64,000 nt of DNA from Orbicella franksi (taxonomy: Eukaryota): contig OZ116709.1 of assembly GCA_964199315.1 (NCBI GenBank), forward strand, positions 2,542,001 through 2,606,000. The letters are read 5' to 3'. The notes below the pieces were generated by a model. The model searched no databases. It saw only the letters and a program-made list of their open reading frames with translations, and had not been told where the DNA came from. The position numbers and the translations under genes are program-made. How positions within the stretch are numbered: the first letter of the stretch is position 1; each line of letters starts with the position of its first letter. Shown piece by piece: positions 13,920 to 23,165 of this stretch.

Positions 13920-14140
13920 GTAAACGAACCAACGAAAGAACGCACAAATGCACAAATGCACAAATGCACAAATGTACACACAAACGAACGAACGAAAAAA
14001 GATAAAATGGCACGCACGTATGCACGCTTTGAGTATACGATCGGGAACTAGTCATGGAACGAAAGGACGAACGAATGAGGAAATGAACGGACGAGCGAAC
14101 GAACGAAAGAACGAACGAACAAACGAAGCCGAGCGAACAA
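13920..14140. repeat. Simple repeats (ACGA)n and (AAATGCAC)n
   Basis: Runs of gaacgaacga and three to four copies of caaatgca are directly visible. Confidence 0.6.
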
Positions 14141-15583
14141 ACCATCGAAAGAAAAATCAGAATAATAGGACGGACGAAGAGCGGTTTTCGACTGAGTGTC
14201 AAAACACCCAAAAGAAATTTATCACTGTGACCAATCACAGCTCGAACCAAATGCAAGTAGCTGTCACAAACCGCGGTATAACGTTTATGATTTGTCGAGA
14301 TTGGTTTTAGTTCTGCTAAGCCTGATTGGATGAAAAAGTGGCGGGAGATTCTTAAACTAATCACAAAGCGTAGTAAACTAGCCGAATGCAAAGCAAAGAA
14401 AATGCGAATTACTTTCGACAGAAGCGCTCTAATATTAATGTTCGGCACAAATACCAAGTTATCAGTTTGGTTTCACCAACAGACACTATAGTATTTTGGT
14501 TATTTAACTGGTAACATGGATGCGCGGAGTGATCTTTACGTACACCAGTATTCGGCTTTCGGAACTTTTCGGCCACTCTCCGAATATAACTGACTTTTTC
14601 TTTAAATTTAACGGTATAAGGCAGCAAATATCAGAACCGCCGAAAAGAAGTAAAAACTGTTAAGTGATAAACTGGAATTAGTGAGACACGAGACATGCTA
14701 TAGAGACTATGGAGGGACATTATTAGCCTGTTGCTTGTGCACGGTGAACTTCATTACGCTCACTGATTGTATTACGCAAGTGTATTAAAACGCCAAATTC
14801 ACTGAGAAACAACTGATGGATATTATTTCATGTACGAGTCTAAGCAAAGTCCACGGTATTGATTTATTTCAACACTCCTTATATTGATACGAGTTAACAA
14901 ATATTCCGGCCTTGATGATTCACGTGTTTGTCTTGTGTCGCTCAGTTCAGTGCCCTTTCAATAGACTCTTGGTACAAAGCACGTCCACTGAATTAAATGT
15001 CTCGGTCACGAAATGTCTTTTTTTTCCTCCAGGGCGCTCGTTCCCCCTTGCTTCTTTATAAAGCACATCCTTCACTCATGTTAGTTGGGACCACCTTTCG
15101 GTTTTACAGCCGGTTCGTTATTTAATACGTAAATGTCATAAACCAGTCGCATAAGCGAGCAAAATTAATGGCAAATGCAAGTTCGTGCAGTAAACAAACA
15201 AACATAAAAAAACATGACATAATGTCGTGTTCGGTTCTGGATTTAGCCACCGGATTCCGAGGTCATTTAGGGTTCATAACAATCGGTGATGGATCTCGGG
15301 GAGGAGTAGAGGCTGAGAGTAACGCCACCCTCCCCCCTCCCCCTCAACGCATACCTTGGATGAACTTATCACTCTATGTACAAAATAACGTAACTTAAAG
15401 AATAAGACAATAACGTGAGCTTAATTCTTAGGGTCCTTTGAACCTCAATGTCAACATTCAAATTCTCCTTACAGGTCTCCATACATTTCTTCAGTACTTG
15501 TTTAGGGAATCTACATAAGTAACCCTGAGTAGAGTAAACCCTAAAATGTTGGCCTTGCAATCTTTCGGCTTAAAGATTTAAAT

Positions 15584-15657
15584 TAGCCTGTGTACATCCG
15601 TCCCCTCACCTCGAAAAAAAAAATTGGGGAGGGGAGGGGGCGGATGTACACAGGCTA
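15584..15657. mobile_element. 74-bp hairpin mini-MITE with 9-bp TSD (Mutator-like)
   Basis: TAGCCTGTGTACATCCG ... CGGATGTACACAGGCTA, flanked on both sides by GATTTAAAT (15575-15583 and 15658-15666). Confidence 0.7.
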
Positions 15658-16182
15658 GATTTAAATCTTTTTTTTCTGTGAGATGAGCAAGAGAATAATA
15701 CACTGGACGTCATAATCCTCTTCTGTTACATCTTGCCTACTTAGTCAAACAAGAGTCAAAACTCTTGGACAAAATCCTTAACTCAGAAATATTTTTATTT
15801 GCCATAAAATATACTGGACGTTAGAGGTACACGAGTTAGAATATCTACTAGCTCGTGTGATCGCCGTCTTGTAGCGGCGGGGTGGCTCGCGTGTCTCTGT
15901 GGTGAGCTTATGTTTAATGCCGAAACGAATGAAACACTGGTTATTCTTTATACATTAAGTCCAGTTACTCTTTAAGGTTATTTTAAGCAGTGTTGACATG
16001 TTCCTGTCAGTAATCTGAACTTTGATCTGCATTGTCCATTGACAATCGAACAACCGAACGGGACATGGTGACGAGTATTCCACTTAAAGTATAAAAGGGA
16101 AGAACAGTTTTTCTTTTATCAAAGTTCAGTCAGCAGCTAGGTCCATACGGTTAGCTGTTACGTAAGCTCGCGAGAATCCACC

Positions 16183-17115
16183 ATGTCTGAAAGTCCTTCA
16201 ACGAAGCGAGGTCTCTTCCACAGGAAAATTGAAAAAAAACACGGTGAAAAATCTCCTACATCAGAAAAGACGAAAAGACGAAAGCATAAACGGGAAAAGT
16301 CGATGGCATCCTCAGAGGCTTGGCGCCTCGAAACCCCTGAAGAGCACTCAGAAGCTGAAGGAGCCACAGCGGAAATCACTTCAAACGTCAAGGCACCGAA
16401 AGAAAAGAAAAAGGCCAAGAATCTAGCCCACCGGTTATCATTTGGAAAAGGAAAGAAGAAGAAAATACGCTTCACTGAAGAGAAAGAAAATATTTACCTA
16501 GAAGAGCCCGCTCCTTACTCTGTTGAATGGGAGCTGCCGGAAGGAGACAGCGTTAAGGAAGGAATTGTCCAACAGATGGTCAGCCAGATCGAAGGCATTT
16601 CAGAACCTGAAGTTGAAGAATCTTGGCCGGCCGCGGTGACTACAATCGATGTGCCCGAAGATGTCGGCTCCGAAATTGAAAGCTTGGTCCCTGTTCCGGC
16701 GTGCCCCACTGTAGAAGATATCAGATCAGTGAAAACAACCATCCAGGCTGAATTCGAGGGGCCTAAAGAGATCGTCCCGTCAACTGGGATCCTTGGGGAA
16801 GCATTCACGAATTTGAAACAACTAGTGATAAACAACGAAAATCTTCTTCACGTGAATCCCTCCGGAAGTTTCCAATACGTGGTAAGCCTATATTCTTCCG
16901 ATTTCGGCCTCGCCAAGCTTATTGGCTTCTGGAGTTTTCTCCTGAACCGGGCAAGCGAAGCTACTAGACAGGTTTTGGTGTACTTTATCACATCCTTAAT
17001 CAAGAAGTATCCACAATGCTTCAAAGTTCACTTAAAGAAGATAAAAGAGCACCAGAGAAAGAAACTTGAGGCAGCAAAACAGGAGATAAAAGTCGCTGAG
17101 ACACTTATAGAATAG
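16183..17115 (+). CDS. 310-aa protein: polybasic N-terminus, acidic middle, more hydrophobic/helical C-terminus; no CaaX
   Basis: ATG in a good context (ccaccATGt). Shares SFG[KR]xKKK and NIY(L)EE motifs with the 18966 ORF. Contains KKIRF (RVxF-like). Confidence 0.7.
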   Translation: MSESPSTKRGLFHRKIEKKHGEKSPTSEKTKRRKHKREKSMASSEAWRLETPEEHSEAEGATAEITSNVKAPKEKKKAKNLAHRLSFGKGKKKKIRFTEEKENIYLEEPAPYSVEWELPEGDSVKEGIVQQMVSQIEGISEPEVEESWPAAVTTIDVPEDVGSEIESLVPVPACPTVEDIRSVKTTIQAEFEGPKEIVPSTGILGEAFTNLKQLVINNENLLHVNPSGSFQYVVSLYSSDFGLAKLIGFWSFLLNRASEATRQVLVYFITSLIKKYPQCFKVHLKKIKEHQRKKLEAAKQEIKVAETLIE

Positions 17116-18965
17116 TTGATAGAAACTGCACTAACGATATCAAAATGTCAGTAACCTGCGTGGATTTTTAATTGCAGTGACCATTTGCTCATAATTACAA
17201 GCGCATGCTGTAAGAATTCAGTATGTTTTCACTATTACGTCGTATCAGAAAGAAGTTAATACAAAGTGCAAAAGATGAGTGATCAAATCGATGGTAATCT
17301 GATGAGAGATCACTTGATACGGTGCTTAGAATTTCTTCACGATATCAAAAGGTCGCTGTGTGCAAGTCACGCGTCCAAATACGACACCATTAACGTGAAC
17401 AATGACTACGTTGAAAAACAAAAAACAAATTTAGAAGCGTTTTTCATTTTGACCAAGGGAGCAATTATTTAAAATTTTGGTTGTAAAGCGTTGAGCTTTA
17501 TGCTCAATGCAAATACTTGAAAAGGCCATCCAAGCAAATTATTCGCAAATCAGCCAATGGGGAATGAGTGGTGATAGAACAGCTAGCTTCTTATAACTAA
17601 TTTGCCAGAAATTTGTTGATACCGTCCGTGGTTTCTATTTGTCAATTTGTGCAGGATTTTTTCGGATGGCCTATTAGAAATATTCTGAAAAGTTCCATTT
17701 TAAATGTCCACCATATCTACTGGTACAAAGCCTTATTAGTACTAACAATTGTTTAAATGTTTTTCGCTGTTTCTGACAAGCTGTTGTCCGAATTGTTTGG
17801 ATTGCTTCATTCACGCTTAAGATCACGAGGCTAGCTTAGCTGACTTGTAAAAAATAGAACACCAGAAAAATAAAGCTTGTTGTTCAGTGATCAGACTTGA
17901 AATTTGATATTCGAAGTTCAAACAAAGCGATGTGTGATATTTGACTGAGATTAGATTCCAGAAAATCAGTCATTATGAATTGTTCAGCTGCGTTCATAGG
18001 CAGAGTCGAGTGTGTTTGTAGAACGAATACATTATTAGTGAATTATGTAATCGCGCTGCCATCTCACCATTTCTGTCCAAGTTCAAACAATCGGTAAATC
18101 AAGACATCTATGATTTTCTTTATTCTCATCACCTGTCAATTGGACCATGTGTTAATTTTGTAAGGAGATATGATAATTTGATCATTCTTGGGAATAAATG
18201 GCTGGCAAAGCCAGGAGACAATACTGTCGATATACGCGTTGTTTTGCGGCAATGTTAACAAAACTTTCCATTCAACTCTATGAAATGATGCGTGCAATTT
18301 ATTCAGGGGAAACACTCGTTTTGATTAACCTGTTCACGTTCTCTTCACATGCAAATTACAGATGGCTTGTGTCGCATCTTTCACGTTCAAAATCACAAAG
18401 AAATGTCGATTTCTCTAACCCTCTATATTTCGAACTTCCCGATAACTCGAACCAAAAGTCATTTCTCTCCCCTCAGTCGAAAGCTGTAATATTACACCCG
18501 ATTTCTCGAACTGGCCGAGTTTTCAAACCAATTTTTGTTTGTCTTGGAGGATGGATATATCGGGATTTCACTGTAGGTATTAACTTTGCACTTTGAAGAC
18601 GCGTGGAATAGACTTTGAACCGACCTAAAAATAATTCTGATTGGCTAGTTGCCCCGTGGAAATCAAGAAGTTCTTTTGACAAGTAACCGAGTAAGCAAAA
18701 CAAATCTATTCGGTTAGAAACAGTTGAGATTTGGATCTTCTAATATCTATCGACGGCAAAAAAAGAGCCTCATTTTGTTTAAATTCTGGCGAAAATGATT
18801 TAACTTCACGTGCACATATACCACGTGACGGCGTTTCAATAGATTCACACCTCTGCGATCAATGGACCTATTTAACATTTCTCCTTCAAATAATTTTATT
18901 CATTTCTGCGAAAACTAAGTTTGTAACGCAAGTGAAGCGATCTTTCTCAAAGATATTGGTGTAAA

Positions 18966-21900
18966 ATGGCAGAGAGTTCAAAGCAGTCAGCTGGATTAGA
19001 CAAGCAGCTTTTAGGCGCCAAAAACGAACCGGGAAAAGAGTCAAAACGTAAAAGGAAGAGAGGCAAAAAACCGACGCGAGCACAGTCTAACGAAACTTTA
19101 GAGAGCCAGTTGAAAAATCAGGAAAGCTTGGCTTGTGACGAGCAAAACGTTGCCGATAATAACAAAGACTCCAAGTTAAATACTGAAGGAACATCCCAAA
19201 CGGTTTCAGCAAGCGACGCAAGTGGAACATCGAACATTTCAAAAGAATTCAATCCGTCGGACGAGAAAATGACAAAAGAAGAGCAAACACAAGGGCACGG
19301 AAAACGTGACGAATGTACGAACAAAGATGTCCAGCAAGATCTCGAAACGATTCAAGAGCAGGGAAACGAGGAAGAAGAATCTAACTCCGAACAAGCTAAA
19401 CAAGATCATGCTAGCAACAGCAAGAAAGGCAAGCTTGCTTTTCACCGCTCTAAAAAAGTGAAAATTTCGACGAGAAAGAGTTCTGCCGACGAAGACAAGC
19501 ATCCATCAGATCCAGCGGGTGAGACTACCGCAGTAAACATCGTGAGTGTTGAGGGGAACACGAAAACTGCCGAAGAACATGTGTATAAAGCTGGCGGAGC
19601 AAACTTCGAAACTACAGACAACGAAAGCGAAGGCGCGTCAAAATCTCCCGAGGCAACTCAAGAAAAGCCGCAAAGCAAGAATAACAAAGGAAAGAAATTG
19701 AAGCAATTAGCAAGCTTTGGTCGAAACAAAAAGAAATACGAGATAGCATTCAAGTTGGACGAAACTTCTAACGAAACACACGAAGAAAACTCGGTTGATA
19801 CTCCAGGGAGATTTAAACGATCCCGGAGTACAAGCAGTCGACCTTTGCAGAATACCGAAATTGTCGACAATGAGTCAAAAGAACCTGTTGCTGCCTCCAG
19901 CAGTGATTTCAACAACGAAAATACGAACGATGGAAAAGATGAAGGAACAGAAATCGAGAAGAAAAGGGGTGGAAAGCAGAAGAAAAAAGGATCGGTCCTT
20001 GGTTTTAAGCGGAGCAAATCCCAGCCAAAGAGAAAACCATCGGCAAGCGAAGATGAACAAAACACTGAAGGCAATCCAAGCAAAGAGAGTGATGATGTTA
20101 GCGCCACAGGAAGTGGACCAGTGGAAGAGAATAAAGCTGGATTTGAAGAAGGCAACGAAGATTCCAAAGCAAATGAAACAGAAGCAGCTGATTTAAAAAC
20201 AGAGGGAACGTCGGCTGCGGCCGCGGAGATGACACAAGAAGTCTCTAACAAAGAAGAAACGAAGAACGCGAAAAGCAAGGAGACCGTCCCACCAACACAA
20301 GAAGATTCCAACCAAGTTACACCAAAAAAAGAAAAGAAAGAAAATATTTTGCGTCGCCGCCTGAGGAAGTTGAAGTCTCCTGGTAATATTCTCCAAGGAA
20401 GGAAAACATCACACGAAGATGAAAATTCCGTGGACGGTGCTGGTGATGAGCAGGCGGAGGAGAGAGCAAGTTCTGAACTGGAACAAACCGCAGAAGAACA
20501 AACACCGATAGCTGAGGATAACGACGAAAAAGAGTGTTCTGGTAACGAAGGAACTTCAAAAGCAGTTAAAAGAAAGACAAGTGATTTGAAGACTACCACT
20601 CGAACTTTGAAGAAAAAGAAAGAAGACGGCGAAAATATCATAGAACTTGAAGGTAACGAGAAGCACTCCGAAACAGCGCTAGCATTCATGAAGGGAAAGG
20701 ATGACCAAAACATATACGAAGAAGTAAATGTGTTAAGCGATCTGAAAAGTTTCAAAGAAATAAAAGACCTCACAGAAGTGAAAGAACAGATCGACGATGA
20801 AGTAAACAAAGAAATGTCACAACAAAAGAGCCTTATGGAGGAGCACGAAGAAAGCAAGCAAAGCAAAGTCGATGAAGATATTTCGCGCGCGTCGCTCGCG
20901 CGTGATGACAATAAAACCGAAGAAGAAGTTTCCAAAGAAGCTCGAAGAAAGAACCAAAAACTAATGCAAACAGTCATTAATGAGTTAACCGAGTTACTTA
21001 AAAAGAAGGAAGAAAATAAAGCCCCAGAAATTGAAATACAAGTTGAAGAAAGAGAAGAACGCGCTAAGTTCAGCGAAAGGGAAAATGCAGTTAGCGAAAA
21101 TCAGCAGTCAACGAGCGCACTTGATGACACTGGGCCTGAACACGAACCCAACGAAGAATCGTATGATTCGGATGTGACGGTAGTAACGGTCAAACGATTA
21201 TCGAGCTATGAGTCATTAGTGGAACACAAAACCGAACCAAATACCGAAGACGAAGAAATACGAGCCATCGCTGAGGAAGTATCTTCGGAAAGCGAGACAT
21301 CGCGAGGTACCGAGCCACCAGTTGAAAACGAAAGCAAACCGGATACCAAAGACGAAGTACGAGCTGTCACCGAAGAAGTACCCTTGGAAACCAAAACACC
21401 ACAAGTCACAGAGACACGAGAGGTCGATGAAACCAAGCCAAATACCGAAGACAACGAAATAGGCGCTATCATTGAAGTAATATCTAAGGAAACTGAGTCA
21501 ATGGAACCAAAATTGGAAATGGCCATCTCTGAGGAAGTGTCTTCGGAAGCCGAGGCACCACTGGAATCCGAGTTACCAGTCCCAAACGAAACCAAACAAG
21601 AAACCGAAGATGGAGAAATAAAAAGCTTAACGGAAGAGGTATCTTCCGGAACTGGAACTTCCGCAGCGAACAACGAAGATTCGCAAGTTGACACAGTCCA
21701 TGTTCCCAAGGCTGAGACCCGGGCAGAACACAAAACCGAACCAGGTACCGAAACCGAAGAAATTCACGACATCAATGAAGCCGGCGAAACCTCGGAGACC
21801 GAACCAAATCAGGAAGATTCCACAGTCGAGGCAGTGAATATTAAACCTGGGGAAGTCGTGCCTGAATCACGGACAGAACACAATACCAAACCAGATACTG

Positions 21901-22301
21901 AAGGTGAAGAAGTTAAAGACTTCATTGATGCCGGCAAATCTTCTGAAACCAAGACACCGATAGAGAACAGAACAGGTTCAAAATTCAAAGGGCGTATAGT
22001 GCAGGTGAATGCTCTGAAAAACGAATCGGAAGTCAGCGACGACAGCGATGAGTTGGAAACCATAACGAAGGCAAATGAACTGGACGAAAGAAAAGAGGAA
22101 GACGACGAAGGTGTTGGTCAAAGCAAAGAAGGCAGCTGTTTAATGGAGAGTACCCAGGCTCCCTCATATCAGAATTCCGTGGAAGAATGGATCGTGGTAC
22201 ATCGAGTGGACTTGACTGAGGAGATTTCGCGCCAAATTAAACACTCGCTGGTGTTTAACAGTCTGCGAAGATCCTACACCTCCTGCTGTACGATCATGTG
22301 A
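18966..22301 (+). CDS. 1111-aa acidic disordered protein with several polybasic clusters, internal repeats and C-terminal CCTIM (CaaX)
   Basis: Uninterrupted ATG-to-TGA ORF, Glu/Lys/Ser/Thr-rich. Its only Trp is in EEWIVV. Ends SYTSCCTIM*. Confidence 0.9.
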   Translation: MAESSKQSAGLDKQLLGAKNEPGKESKRKRKRGKKPTRAQSNETLESQLKNQESLACDEQNVADNNKDSKLNTEGTSQTVSASDASGTSNISKEFNPSDEKMTKEEQTQGHGKRDECTNKDVQQDLETIQEQGNEEEESNSEQAKQDHASNSKKGKLAFHRSKKVKISTRKSSADEDKHPSDPAGETTAVNIVSVEGNTKTAEEHVYKAGGANFETTDNESEGASKSPEATQEKPQSKNNKGKKLKQLASFGRNKKKYEIAFKLDETSNETHEENSVDTPGRFKRSRSTSSRPLQNTEIVDNESKEPVAASSSDFNNENTNDGKDEGTEIEKKRGGKQKKKGSVLGFKRSKSQPKRKPSASEDEQNTEGNPSKESDDVSATGSGPVEENKAGFEEGNEDSKANETEAADLKTEGTSAAAAEMTQEVSNKEETKNAKSKETVPPTQEDSNQVTPKKEKKENILRRRLRKLKSPGNILQGRKTSHEDENSVDGAGDEQAEERASSELEQTAEEQTPIAEDNDEKECSGNEGTSKAVKRKTSDLKTTTRTLKKKKEDGENIIELEGNEKHSETALAFMKGKDDQNIYEEVNVLSDLKSFKEIKDLTEVKEQIDDEVNKEMSQQKSLMEEHEESKQSKVDEDISRASLARDDNKTEEEVSKEARRKNQKLMQTVINELTELLKKKEENKAPEIEIQVEEREERAKFSERENAVSENQQSTSALDDTGPEHEPNEESYDSDVTVVTVKRLSSYESLVEHKTEPNTEDEEIRAIAEEVSSESETSRGTEPPVENESKPDTKDEVRAVTEEVPLETKTPQVTETREVDETKPNTEDNEIGAIIEVISKETESMEPKLEMAISEEVSSEAEAPLESELPVPNETKQETEDGEIKSLTEEVSSGTGTSAANNEDSQVDTVHVPKAETRAEHKTEPGTETEEIHDINEAGETSETEPNQEDSTVEAVNIKPGEVVPESRTEHNTKPDTEGEEVKDFIDAGKSSETKTPIENRTGSKFKGRIVQVNALKNESEVSDDSDELETITKANELDERKEEDDEGVGQSKEGSCLMESTQAPSYQNSVEEWIVVHRVDLTEEISRQIKHSLVFNSLRRSYTSCCTIM

Positions 22302-22821
22302 CTGTAAGAGAGAGAAACGCTCCGTGCTGAGCAGTCACTGTATCATGTGACAGCTGAGAAACAATGTACGAAAGGACGCGTCCACAAGTTCAACGTAGCA
22401 CTAAGAAGACTGTTTTGTACGGGTATACACGATGATTAGGTGATCGAAAACGTGTTTTAAAGTTATCGAGCCTGAAATTACTTGGCGTCATTGCGCAAAA
22501 ATTCATTTTAAAATTTCACTATTAATAAGACGCTAACAAAAAAATAGGTGCAAAACAAGTACTCAAAAACAAAATAGAAAATAGTAGTTTTGGCAATTGA
22601 TTTAAGTTTTGATGTTTGAATATAGAGAAGATTTAGTTGCAGAAGAGATGTTTCAATCTCGGTCTTGAAATATTGTATCTTTTTCCTTGAATTTCTTCAT
22701 ACGAGTGGAAATAAAGTACTTAATCATACGCATTTAGCTCTTTCGTTAGCACATAGGAAGCGAAATTGTCACGCTTAAGGAGCATCTATACTCTATTGAA
22801 ATCATAATTTCCCCTCTAACA

Positions 22822-23102
22822 GTTGACGAATTTCAGTATTCTCATCACCTGCGTGATCTATGATGCCCGAATATTGTCAGGAGAAAGTAGGTGTTTATCA
22901 CTTTGAAATTCTATTTCTCTATTTATAACTTTCCTCTGCTGGAAATCCCGCCTAATTTTTACAAGACTCTTCTAGTTTGCAAAAATTAGGCGGGATTTCC
23001 ACCAGAGGAAAGTTATAAATAGAGAAATAAAATTTCAATTCTCCTAACAACATTCGGGCATCATAGATCACCCAGGTGATGAGAATACCAAAATTCGTCA
23101 AC
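22822..23102. mobile_element. About 280-bp fold-back (palindromic) MITE-like element
   Basis: GTTGACGAATTT...ATTCTCATCACCTG...GGAAATCCCGCCTAATTTTT mirrored by AAAAATTAGGCGGGATTTCC...CAGGTGATGAGAATAC...AAATTCGTCAAC. No clear TSD. Confidence 0.65.
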
Positions 23103-23165
23103 AGACCGATATACTCTTGATAAAGGGTGAAATTCTCACAGCTGGCAATAAACGAAATAAATACA

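Noticed and set aside
17280-18110. Two exon-like minus-strand segments (DVLIYRLFELGQKW; VIVHVNGVVFGRVTCTQRPFDIVKKF*)
   Set aside because: They have splice-like ends but could not be joined in phase or assigned to a family.
1565-22063. Many long minus-strand ORFs overlapping the large + strand genes (e.g. 2003..2842, 3194..3892, 19658..20977)
   Set aside because: They are antisense shadows of low-complexity coding sequence (Ser/Phe/Leu-rich), with no independent motifs.
4200-22301. Paralemmin homology suggested by the CSIM and CCTIM tails
   Set aside because: Only the CaaX end is similar; no paralemmin N-terminal domain is recognisable, so no gene symbol is given.
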